DNA from: Lytechinus pictus
Taxonomy: Eukaryota
Direction: 5' to 3'
Assembly (NCBI RefSeq): GCF_037042905.1
Contig: NC_087246.1
Coordinates: forward strand, 8,620,001 to 8,684,000
DNA length: 64,000 bases
The notes below the pieces were generated by a model. It did not search any database, had not been told where the DNA came from, and saw only the letters and a list, made by a program, of their open reading frames with translations. Positions 37,701-48,605 of this stretch are shown in pieces; within the stretch, counting starts at the first letter, position 1; each line of letters starts with the position of its first letter. Made by a program: the position numbers and the translations under genes.

Positions 37701-40700
37701 AAGTCTAACATCAGCTGAAATCTGCAGAAATCTATCTGTTAGAGTCAATTAAAAAAAAGGGAAATTTTGCATTTTCTTGTCAGTTTCCAGCCGAATCAAA
37801 ATACTTTACAAGGAAACATGGACAATAGATTGGAATTGTGAGGATGCAAAGTTTTGTAATGTGAACTTTGGGGGAAGGGGTTTGCTCTCTCTTTTTTTAA
37901 TCACCAGAATGATATAACCACCCACTTTATAGAAAGTGTTAAACTGCTTTTCAAAATCAGCGTAATGAATCAGGAATATCAAAATATTAAAGCTGTATAT
38001 GGATTTGTTTGTTTTAATCACAATTTCATTTTTAATTTGTGCAATTTCTGACGTGAGTCAGATTCAATCAATCTTGCCTGCATACAATGTAAACAGTACA
38101 CATTTTCCACTCCTTATGGAGAAATCTGTTGCGATGCAATTTTAACAATGTAAACTTTGTTGATGTTGCTTATAGTATCACCCTTGATGAGACGAGGAGG
38201 AATGTATAGAGACCAGGAGAGGGAGGTTGAAAGACAAGTGAAGAGGAAATTCCTCAAGATTGTGATTGTTCTAGAGATTTGGTGAGTTAGGCTTTCAGAC
38301 ACCAGCAAAGTGACTGGTCTAATCTCTTTGTTTCTGTGCATTTTATTGTTTATCCATTCTCTCTTTTTAATGATACATGTACCTTCTCAGAATGACTAAC
38401 TTAGGTATTTAGATAAAATAAGTATCAAAATATAACGTTTTCTTCTTTAATATACATGTATCTAAAATGTTTGAGAGAAATATTGGATAACTATCACCAA
38501 AGCAAATGAAATATATCAAAATTATGATTCATCTGTTTGTGTTAAAAGAATCCCCAGCAAATAAGGAGGGGAAAAAGAAAAGGGTTTTTTAAATTAATGA
38601 AAATGAAAAGGTACATAGACCTTCAAAATGTTAGAATATGGAGATTAGCTTATCTGAAAGTGTGATTCTTCTTTATACTGTCAAGTTATGGCTTTGTAAA
38701 GTTAAATAAAAGATGAGATACAAGAGTTTCTTTAACACCATTTTTATCTTGACTGCTTGGAAATGTTAAAGAGATTGCACAGTGTGCACATCTCATGATT
38801 GAGTGAATCCCAAACTTCAAACCTTATTTTCTCTTTTTCTTGGAAGCTTTTACTGAATTTCCCTTTCATTCAATCAAGTACTTGTGTGGCCTATTGTTGT
38901 TCAATTTTGACAAGCCTGGTACCATTTGAGAACTTACGATGTGCTATTTGAACTCAATAAAAATCTAAAATTCATTTTGGCAACTTTGTTGGTTGTGGGT
39001 TAGCAGGTCACATTCGTTTAGATCTGATCTAATTCCATGTTGTCTTAAAGCATAATGTTAAACCCAAATTTTTGCTTATTATAGCCATATAGTTATGGAG
39101 TTTAAAACCTTAATACTCTGTTGGGGGGGGGGGGCAATATGGCCCCTCTACATTTCATTTGCAACACCCAGGTGTGCGGTTTAAAAAATGTCAGACTAAA
39201 AATTGCTCAAAATGTGAATTCATAAAGTCAATACAAAATGTGTTTTCAGCTAATCACTTCACGATCACGCAATCTATAGCCAAGAACTTGAATGGGGCCT
39301 TATTGCCCATCCCCCCCAGAGTGGCAAGATTAAAAAATCAAAATACCCTTGGACTCTTGAGGTCTTTTGTGATATCGGCAAAAGCTGAACCAGTTATCGA
39401 TATTGAAATGAAAACATCAGTGTTACATCTTCTTTCTTTCAGTTGGTTACCTAATGTGGTTAATGGAATCTTGCTATTGTCTAGAGTAAAGCCAGATATG
39501 AAAGGCTTTCCTTTCATATGGATCCTCATGGTAAGATTGGTTTCTATTCTTCCTTAAGGAGCCTATCAATTCTTGATGATTTAGCCAGGGTATGCATTAT
39601 GTTATGACAAGATGTTTTCTCATTACATCTGATTTTTTTTTAATGCATTCCATTCTTGATATCATGCGTTGCTTTTTGTTGACAACACAGAACATCTAAA
39701 TGAAATCCTTTGTATCAAGATATCATTTTATGTTAACAAAAGCCAATTCTTCATATCAAGAAATAGATTAAATGGGAAATGGCTTACTGTAATGTGCATG
39801 AGCATAAGCTTGCTAAAACTTTCAGAAAGCTATCACTCATAGTCCTAGCGTTTTTATTCCTATTAGGAATCTGCAGGAGATTGAGATTTTATTGCTTTGA
39901 TAGTGTTTATTACCGGTTTCAATTTTTATATGTCATGAATATTCATGATTGCAAGATTGGAGAGGTCGAAATATTCCTGGCTGATTTTCATAAAATACAG
40001 AACAGGAATTCCTTATTTGAATATAATAATATATTTTTGAAATCCATCCATCCATCCATATTTTATTGTTCGAAATAGAATTGAGAGAATAGAAATATTC
40101 TGAAAATTCATTTTGCCCAGTTGATCATGGGCCCAGCAGCCACTGTGCAGTGCTCAGATCGACAAGGCTCTATCCCTTAAATATTGAATGTCTAACAGGG
40201 TAGCAGCAACTCCCATCTTTTTACGTCTTTTGGTCTGATGCGGCCGGGGTTTGAACTCCCGACCTGGTTGTGAGACGGATCTCCTAACTGAGCCAACACA
40301 CCGGTCAAGTTGGAAAAATAGGAAAATTAATGCAGAAACTTCTATCTTATATTTCAGTAAATGAGAAGCCTTAACCTATTCGAAGTTCATATTAAAAAAA
40401 AATTAAATACTCAACCTACATGTATGAGGGGCTTGTGTATGATATAATGGCTATATTACTTACCCCCCCCCAAAAAAAAAAAAAAAAAAATCACAATGAT
40501 TAACCAGTTTTATGAAATTTGATTTGTATTTGATAGGCAATTTTCAACCCTATGCAAGCCTTCTTGAACACCCTTGTATACTGGGGACCAACAGGATGTT
40601 CTTTCCTGAGTTTCTCTCCACGCAGATCAGAGAGCGATGATTACGTCTCGCCCTCAGAAATCCTCCACTCTCATCCTCCGTGGAAAGATGCAGCTGTTCC

Positions 40701-40758
40701 CTCGGATACAGAGACCACTCCCCTTATGAGAGGGAGGGCTAGAGATGCTCTTAATTGA
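31429..40758 (+). CDS. GPR143: GPR143/OA1 (ocular albinism 1)-like GPCR, 391 aa; join(31429-31765,32347-32456,33912-34000,35375-35473,37055-37179,38176-38281,39443-39530,40537-40758)
   Basis: All introns are GT-AG and the exons sum to 1176 nt in frame. Hallmarks: MASPTLDLLCC (human MASPRLGTFCC), ADIMACLG, CYAID, PMVIVLILNPI, GMYRDQER, ICWLPN, FNPMQAFLNTLVYWGPTG. Seven hydrophobic segments. Confidence 0.92.
31845..32200 (+). mobile_element. Degraded HINE in GPR143 intron 1
   Basis: TTTTTGTCTTGCC start and eroded cores (CATGAAACTTGGACATAAG, CAAGGT..AAGGTCAT). Confidence 0.55.
32347..32456 (+). CDS. GPR143: GPR143 coding exon 2
   Basis: CAG|GT CTG ATA... encodes GLIVLASE...WKWLCTLAT, then GTGAGG donor. 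110 nt. Confidence 0.88.
32521..33326 (+). mobile_element. Complete HINE with ~157-bp tandem cores in GPR143 intron 2
   Basis: TTTTTGTCTCG..GGCGAGAC 5' hairpin, (GTCC)n, about four core repeats, and a 3' GGCGAGAC subterminal repeat ending CTTGTT. Confidence 0.8.
33912..34000 (+). CDS. GPR143: GPR143 coding exon 3 (TM3)
   Basis: AWIHFFFFATYVWITCYAIDVFLFLQKKT, with TG|GTAAGC donor. Confidence 0.9.
34556..35352 (+). mobile_element. HINE (5'-clipped) in GPR143 intron 3
   Basis: Same family as 19881 (GACTATAGGCGCCGCT, (GGC)n, tandem cores). 3' end GCAGGCGAGAC...CCACTTGTT. Confidence 0.8.
35375..35473 (+). CDS. GPR143: GPR143 coding exon 4 (TM4)
   Basis: KHALRFYFVISWLLPIAFLSFGLWALHRTTEP, with TTTGCAG acceptor and GTAAGT donor. 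Confidence 0.88.
37055..37179 (+). CDS. GPR143: GPR143 coding exon 5 (TM5)
   Basis: WACSAKKGDELLLEAYYLCLFVPMVIVLILNPIIYILAVRK, with GTGAGT donor. Confidence 0.9.
38176..38281 (+). CDS. GPR143: GPR143 coding exon 6 (ICL3/TM6)
   Basis: VSPLMRRGGMYRDQEREVERQVKRKFLKIVIVLEI, with GTGAGT donor. Confidence 0.9.
39443..39530 (+). CDS. GPR143: GPR143 coding exon 7
   Basis: CWLPNVVNGILLLSRVKPDMKGFPFIWILM, with GTAAGA donor. Confidence 0.9.
40110..40306 (-). mobile_element. tRNA-derived SINE with a Meta/RUDI-like central domain
   Basis: On the minus strand: A box TGGCTCAGTTAGG, B box GAGTTCAAACC, then CAGACCAAAGACGTAAAAAGATGGGAGTTGCTGCTACCC. Confidence 0.7.
40537..40758 (+). CDS. GPR143: GPR143 coding exon 8 (TM7, C-tail, stop)
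   Basis: TAG| then AIFNPMQAFLNTLVYWGPTG...ETTPLMRGRARDALN, ending in TGA. Confidence 0.9.
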   Translation, partial: AIFNPMQAFLNTLVYWGPTGCSFLSFSPRRSESDDYVSPSEILHSHPPWKDAAVPSDTETTPLMRGRARDALN

Positions 40759-43700
40759 AATGAAATGCTTTTACACGAATGCCACACTTGAAGTAAGAAT
40801 AAAAGTTGCTGGCAATGAATATCATAGTTCAGTTCAGTTCATTTCATTTCATTTTATTTAATCATTTAAAATGAAGATATATATTTTGGATGGGCTGATA
40901 AAGCCTCGTTCCTCAAAATTGAAAATTTGAGGGCAGCTATGAAGGCTGTATTTCAAATATATAGCAATGGTGGCAGTCTCATATTGCCTGAAAACAGTCT
41001 CCTGATAGCTGAGAAGAACTCTTTTGAGGCAAAAAAAGTTGCTTGCTACATGTTATAACTCCAAAATGTAGCTTATTCTGAGCTGTTATTAAAATATTTA
41101 AATTTGGAGATAGAAGGTTTTATCAGCTCAGCAGCGATATACTAATCATACATGAATTACAATCATTTAAATAGAGTTTAAATGATTAAGGTGTCCCTAA
41201 AAGCAGAAGCTTCATGAATGGAGCACCCTCTATAATAAAAGTTCATGAAAGTTTGAATAATATATTACATCAGAATCGCAACTTGAATTTTATGAATATC
41301 AAAAAAATAGTTCACTGGGATAGTGATGCTCTTAACAAGAATTCAGTAGTGTATTTTGAATATGGCAATCTTGCCTTCTAGTCATTGAGGGAAGGGCTTA
41401 CATGTTTAGAAACTCCCATTGTGACAATGAGGAAAAGTCGAGTTGTGGAAGTTGCCTTTGTTGTTTGGAAGATGACTGTCTGTTTTTGTTTCCCTCAAAT
41501 TAGGTGTGTGAGCCTACATTTTCTGCAAATACTTGGTAGAAAGCATTTCTGGAGCTCAAAATGCATGTAGTTTCCCCCAAAATTTTAAACTTGATCTAAT
41601 AAAGTTGTTATTGATTGTTATGTATACAGTGCGTCTCAGGAAAAAAAGGAGAATTATTGATGATTTATCATTATTTAATCACAAATACAATATACAATTG
41701 TCCTATTGTCTTAAATCTTAGACTCTCCTCTTTCACATATACATTTGATGATTATTCTTCATGCATGAGTGAGTAAAAACAATTTGAAGAAAGGATACCA
41801 AAAACAAAAAAGTCACTTGCTGGGCTGTATCAAAATTGAAAAAAGAAAATCACATTCCTATCTAAAACGTTCAATACCTGCTCTTTCATATGATACCTAA
41901 ATCAAAGAAAATAACTCAGGAATAGCAAAGTTTTTATGCTTTGAAATAATGCTGGCATTTCTATTATTTCAGTAAAATATAGCTTTTCATTGTGTGCCTT
42001 CCATAGCTGATTGTCAACAAAAGAGATTGTTGGGTTTATCTGACAGCTAGCCTGTAAAACGTCTTCATTTAATACTTAATTTAATAAAATTCATGGATTA
42101 TTTCAAAGAATCAGAAGTTTGTTTTTCCTTGATCATTTTCCTTGATTTTGGTATCATATTAAAGAGCAGATACTGAACTTCTTATATTTTTTTTAAATTC
42201 ACATAATTTAACGACAAAGTATGCCCTCTTAAGAATTTACAAGGATTACATATAGTAAGGGTTATGTCATTGATATTTGTATATACCTGGTAACTAAAAT
42301 TGTAAAATATATTTTTCTCCATATTTAACTAATATTTATTTTGAATTTTATAGAAAATGACAAGAAAATAAACTACACAACTAAAATGCTTCTCAGTTTA
42401 CTGTTCATGCTACATTCTTTATCAAATGTATAATGTGTTTTAGTTGAATTCATCAAACAATAATGATAATAATAGTACAGTTCTTTAGATGCCTAACACC
42501 CAAGGGTTTCTATGCATCAGGGAAAGCAGGAAATATGGTTAGAATGGTATACTAAAAATTAAACTTCGAATATATTATAAACATCATAGAATAAAAAACA
42601 GTTTGAACCTACCTTTAATAATTAAACATTCTGAATTTGGAAAATGTTTTGTAAAGTCAATTATACAAAATTTAATTTTGCTGGTGCAGCTTTTTGGAAA
42701 GCTTGATCCCCTTATGATTTGGCCTTGGCAGTAATTTTAGAGAGAAGATTTTGTGAACCAGAACAGAGATTATGCTTGGGTTTATGAATTTGGACAAGTT
42801 CTCGAAGATTTAAGCAAGGGCAATAGTATGTATACATTTGAATGTTAATAAGAGAGTTTATATTTAATCCTTGTCGAAATATGATGTTATTCTTCACATT
42901 GAACAGTTATGCATGCATTTTCTAGGTGTATTATACAGTGCAATATGCCTTTGGCATGGTATTATGGAGCTGAATGATTTTTTCTAGCCCCCCAAAAAAA
43001 GAAAGGAAAAAAGAAACAGGTCAAACTTAGTATAAGAATTTACTTTTTCCCTGATTAAGTGTGATATTTGCTTGATATTTAAAAATTGGCAAATTTGAAA
43101 GGCATGTGGCCCATGCAAGCAATCACTAGTAAATTATTCTTTTTGGTCACACTCGTGTACGAATTGATGATGAACATAAAAAAGTTAAAACTCTGGTTGT
43201 TAAAATGTAATTCATCTTTCCAGAAAGAAATAATTTGAAGGAACCTTTCTAAAATGCTATATTTTCTTCATATTTTTACGTTTGATCTTTAAAAAGACAT
43301 CACCAAGTCCAAAATCAAGCTAAATTTTTTTTAAAGAAAAGAACAGGATTTACATGTAATTGAGTGAAAAAAAGTCATTTCTAATCTCTAAACTGTCATT
43401 CTTGCTCTCAAATTATTCAAATCATGATTGTTTACAATTGTGCTAAACTTACATTTTGAATAAATATAAAGAAATATGGAAACATGGAAAATGGTAATCA
43501 TGAATATTCTCTTGTGAGAATATGATTCTTATGCTAAAGGATCTATTCTCATGGATAGCTTTGTGTTATTTTTATTGCATTTGCATTTGTACTCATGAGT
43601 GTTATACTAATCAATGAAATAACAAAATCTTCATGATCAATATATTTATTATTCTTAGTAAACAAATAAGATTAATATTAATAAGTAGAGGTTCCCAGGC

Positions 43701-43987
43701 AGAGGACCTTTTAATTCACTGAGTGACTATGAGCACTGTGGTGTTCTCTGTAGAATATAAAGCTCTTCCTGCCATGTTGATATTAAGATGAACATTCTGA
43801 TACATTCTTTCAACCAGGATTTCCTTTACAATTTTTAAACCTTGGTTTTATTATTTTTATTTATTAATTAAATTTATTTATTATTATTATTTCACTGAAC
43901 TACACCATATATTTTTTACAGTTTCTCTGATACAATTATATGAAGTTGATATATTGTTCTTATTGAAATCAGATGATTGTGATGTTA

Positions 43988-44117
43988 GTTGATTGATTGA
44001 TTGATTTTATTTGTCAGGTAACTATGAACAAGTACAAGAAAATATGAACAGAAGTGTATACCTTGACAGGATTGCCCATGAAAGCCGAGGTATACACTTC
44101 TGTTCATATTTTCTTGT
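43988..44117 (-). mobile_element. Short LINE 3' fragment with an inverted duplication at its truncation point
   Basis: Reverse complement matches 757-835, including the (AATC)n tail. 44034-44063 and 44088-44117 form a perfect 30-bp inverted repeat. Confidence 0.7.
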
Positions 44118-44351
44118 TGGCTAGCAGTTGGCAAGGGTATTAGTTTTTCACCTTGTTTCTGTTGATAGTTACATAATCAATTTGAAGTCTGGCAGACACA
44201 ATGCTACTTTGATTCTTACTTTAGAAGAGAAGTAGTCATAATTGTATTAGGAAACGTAAAATCATAGAAAATGTCAATGTACTTGACAACCTTGGTGTCA
44301 GCAAGATAGTATATAAAATGTCTTCCAATAGTGAGCTTCCAGAAGAAATGC

Positions 44352-44383
<32 letters not shown>

Positions 44384-45330
44384 GGGGGGGGGGAAGGGTA
44401 GAGAGGGTATTCAATTAAACATGAGCCCATCCCAATTCCCAAATATAATCACTAAACTCATTGATTTTCAAATTTAATTTGCAAATGGTTGTTATGATAT
44501 TCTTCCTGATATTGCTTGTTGTTTAATACCATTGTTAGGTACTTAGATGTTGTTGATGGATAGAGAAACTACATTATAGTTCTTATGCTCTGCTCTTTCC
44601 TTTGATTGATTGATGCCTGTGTATCGCAACATACAGTAGGTAAATACAATTTGACCAGCTGTAAGTAGAAAAACAGGTGGATCTCTACTGTGTAATCTAT
44701 TCATTTGCTCCATATTCTTTGATTATGAATATCTACACCTCTTGTATACTTTTTATTCTTTCCTTAAATTATAATTATCTGTGGCTTGTTTTCACTATTT
44801 CCATTCCCATTTTCTTTGACCTTGTGACTTTATTGTGCTAAATTTGAGTTTTGTATATTTTTATGTTGCTGAATTGTTGCATTATATAGTAGGCCTATAT
44901 GTGTATTAATAATTATATTATTTTCTTGTATCAGATTGAATAGATTTCTATTAAAATATTCTTACTAAATAAGTGTGATTTCTTTTTTCTGTTTATAATC
45001 GCTTAAGTTATCTATCTCCACTTGCCATATATATTGTCCCATTTGCATGAATTGTTGATTTTTTTTTATCATTGAACTTTCTTTGTTGTTGAGGCATTTT
45101 GTTTTGATATGTTTTAATGTGACCGTAATTTTAGTATAAAAGAGAGGTAGATACTGCCTACTTTCTCAAATCATGTAACAAAGTCAAATAAAATCTCACT
45201 TTACATGTCATAAAATGTGTGAATGTGACAATGTATACAGCAAGAGGGGGTAGTTGGCCATTTCAATGTCTTGTTACTTCTAGCATTATTGAAAAGGGAT
45301 TACTATACAGTACAAATTTTAATGCAAGTG

Positions 45331-45572
45331 GACTGCAAAAACTCCGGTGTTGATTTAACACCAGCCTGAAATCTATATATGTCCACCCCAGAGAAGTATT
45401 GAAACAACACCAGTTTGGAATCAAACCGATGCAGTTTTAATACTAATTGGTGTTGTACAAACACCTTTCTGGTGTTAGACCAAAACGAAACTGGTGTTTT
45501 TTAACACTTCTCTGGTGTGGACATATATAGATTCCAGGCTGGTGTTAAATCAACATCAGAGTTTTTGCAGTG
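45331..45572. mobile_element. CACTGCAAAAA-type MITE (2-bp TSD TG)
   Basis: ~70-bp inverted arms: ACTGCAAAAACTCCGGTGTTGATTTAACACCAGCCTG / CAGGCTGGTGTTAAATCAACATCAGAGTTTTTGCAGTG. Confidence 0.8.
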
Positions 45573-45929
45573 TGCCCCCACCCCACATAATGGCATCAAC
45601 CTTATAGTACACAGGCCTGTCGAAGCCACAACGGGTGGTATGGTATATACATGTATACCATTCCACTTAACTAACACAAAAATAAATAAATGAAATAAAA
45701 TAGAATGAGAGAGAGAGAGAACCAAACCTGTATATTGTGACAAAATGAACATGAATGTCTCTTTCAGATAGCAATTAGCTCTATGATGATTTTGTGACAG
45801 CCACACTTCCCCTAACGTTCTACTCCTAAGCCTAACCACAACCATAATATATGCATATATATATATATATAATAATTGTGATGAGCAAGGACCTAAACAT
45901 TGCGTGGGTGCTTCAGTGAGTAATATATT

Positions 45930-46590
45930 GACGAAGAAGCTCAAAAAGCATTGAAGCTAGAGACGTAGCCTGGATTTCTTCAACTTTTATTACTACAAGC
46001 TTTCGGCCATTTAGTTGGGCCTTCTTCAGGTATCTGAAGATGTAAAAGACATAATGGCTTTACAATTACCATGCATATATTTGGATTAGTTTACTAAATA
46101 TAGGTATATCTTGAAAGAAAATGTTTTACATCGGTAATGTTTAATTAGGATTATCCAATAGCTATTAAAATCAATTAAGTTTACGCAGATTTTTATTACA
46201 AACTTCAATGCAATACAACTTCTTTTGAGATATATGTATTATTATACATTTTGGGATATATGTATTATACATACAGCACACATAACACAATATGTCTACA
46301 TACTTTCAAAAAAATGTTTGTAATAAAAATATACATTTTTGCCCTTTTTTAAGTAGAAGTGGGTGTCGTGTTTTGATGTGATGATGGGGTTAAATAGTAG
46401 TTTAGGGATTAGATGGTTTCAGTGATTTATTAAGTTTTCCTGTCAAATATGTCAAATGTTTTTTTTTTCGGAGAGGACACTTTTGAATAGAAATTTGTTT
46501 GACATTGGAACGTAAACTGAAAAATAAGTGCATGTGGGCGTAGTTAACATTCTACTAGAATAGTTTGCTGCTTATAAATGCAATCGTTAT
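45930..46590 (-). mobile_element. Decayed 3' end of a Penelope-like retroelement
   Basis: The minus strand shows a frameshifted, GIY-YIG-like C-terminus (..FK.VLS..KLNKSLKPS..), then a hammerhead motif and AATAAA. Confidence 0.5.
45994..46032 (-). ncRNA. Minimal type I hammerhead ribozyme motif
   Basis: Minus strand reads TAC-CTGAAGA-A-GGCC-caactaaat-GGCC-GAAA-GC-TT-GTA: both core boxes, stem II, a palindromic stem III and a short stem I. Confidence 0.6.
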
Positions 46591-46681
46591 TAAATGCATC
46601 AAGTAACGTTCAACTGTGTAGAGATGCAGTACCAATTTCGAAGAGGACAATTTCAGACAAAATGCCCTATTGTTTCTTTAA

Positions 46682-47278
46682 AGGTCAAGTCCACCCCAGA
46701 AAATTGTTGATTTTAATCAATAGAGAAAACATAACGCTGCAAATTAAATCGAAATCGAATGTAAAATAAGAAAAAGTTATGACATTTTTAAATTTCGCTT
46801 ATTTTTCACAAAACAGTTAAAATGTCCAACTCAGCGATATGCAAATGAGAGAGTCAATGGTGTCTTTCACTTACTATTTCTTTTGTTTTTTATTGTTTGA
46901 ATTATACAATATTTCCATTTTTACAGATTTGACAATAAGGACCAACTTGACTTAACCATAAACTGGTACAATAATGGTAATTCCACATATTCAGGGAGGA
47001 ATAAAATTTTGTTTTACATGACAATGAAGAGAAAATTAGAACTTTTCATATTTCATATAATAAAATACAAAAGAAGTAGTGAGTGATTGACGTCATCAGT
47101 GTGCCAATTTGCATACCAACCAGGATGTGCATATGATTGTTTTGTGAAATTAAGCGAAACTTTAAAATGTCATAACTTTTTTATTTTACATCCGATTTTG
47201 ATGAAATTTTCAGTGTTTTGCTTGTTGGATTTTTCTCCTTTTATGCAAATCAACTTTTTGTTGGGGTGGACTTGTCCT
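46682..47278. mobile_element. Kolobok-like MITE, family B
   Basis: TTAA|AGGTCAAGTCCACCCC...GGGGTGGACTTGTCCT|TTAA. Confidence 0.85.
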
Positions 47279-48565
47279 TTAAAGAGTCATACAAAAATAA
47301 GATTATCGTAGATTTTGGGGTTATCATTTCATTAAATCATTTTCAATAATCAATGAATTCTGATTTGTAAAACGGGTTCCAAGACATTTGTTCAGGCGAC
47401 AATTGCTCCGATGGAAAGTCTGCCCATTAAGCCAAACATAAAATCAAACCTCCAATACTAAATAAACCATAATCCTTATCTTTGCATTATTCTGAACCAA
47501 AATATCCAACTTTATGCCCTCTGAGATATTAAGTCCAGAGCAAATGTCGTGTAACCGTAAAACGATGCGTAAAAATTGCTAATAAATAAATATGCACGGG
47601 CTCATAAGTGGTAAACATGTAAACCCGAAGTGCGACAGTAATTTCGTTACTGATGTGTTAGCAATGATCAGTTTTGAGGAGTAAATGTTTATTTGAATAT
47701 GTATATATATTTTCTCTTATAGGTTGCTTTAACAGTGCCCAATTGCTTGCTTTCGTAGATTTGAGAAAAATAAATTGCCTTTTTTTTCTGATGCAAACCT
47801 TGAGTGCGTTTCAAGAAAAAGTTTCCTCTCTGGTAAACTAATATTAAATGATATATTGGTAATTTCCTGAAGCTTTGTCCGTATTCATATATTGGGACAA
47901 GTCTCACTAAGCAAATGACGATGTGTCTGTCGATAAATCTTTCCGCTTGAGTGAGCAACACTTACTTTTAAAAAGTTCTTGAAAAATTACTTGCGCAAAA
48001 ATTGGAAATAGGTTTTATGGATAAAAATGCATACTAATATTAAAGAGCACATGGAATTTAGCTAAGAAGGTTGATTTTCAAGATATCTTTTCCCTTCTAA
48101 CTTCTTTCCTTCACCAAAACACTCCCTTGAGGTCCACTGCCTCCCCCCACCCACCCATCCCCATGCATACACCTAAGCTATCGCGATGGTATCTGCTTTA
48201 CATGTAGCAGTGATTCGCATGAAATAAAATGCTTGATTTTTCTTGTGTTATTCCTTGTCATACCTGGAGAAAGTGTGGAGAAACAAGTATAATAGATATC
48301 AAAATCACAATTAATGTTTATGTTTTATGCAAGAGGTTGTGTTGTTGTTGATTTAGCTTATACGGCGCGTATCATTCAGGAGTTAATATTTGCGCCAATA
48401 ACAGTCACTGTAATAACAGTCATTGTAGTCTTGGATGATGCCACCCTATTTATCAATTTGAAACGATCGTATGTTTTCCTAAGAGGCCAAGTAACGTAAA
48501 AAAAATTACGAACATTTCTTGTGGGGGCCGAGAGGCTGCTTTCCTGATGTTTGTTTTTATTTGTT

Positions 48566-48605
48566 TATTAGGTGGTCTGTCATGAATATGACAGATCACC
48601 TTTTA
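48566..48605 (+). mobile_element. HINE-like 5' hairpin remnant
   Basis: TTATTAGGTGGTCTGTCAT-gaat-ATGACAGATCACCT hairpin after a T run. Confidence 0.4.
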
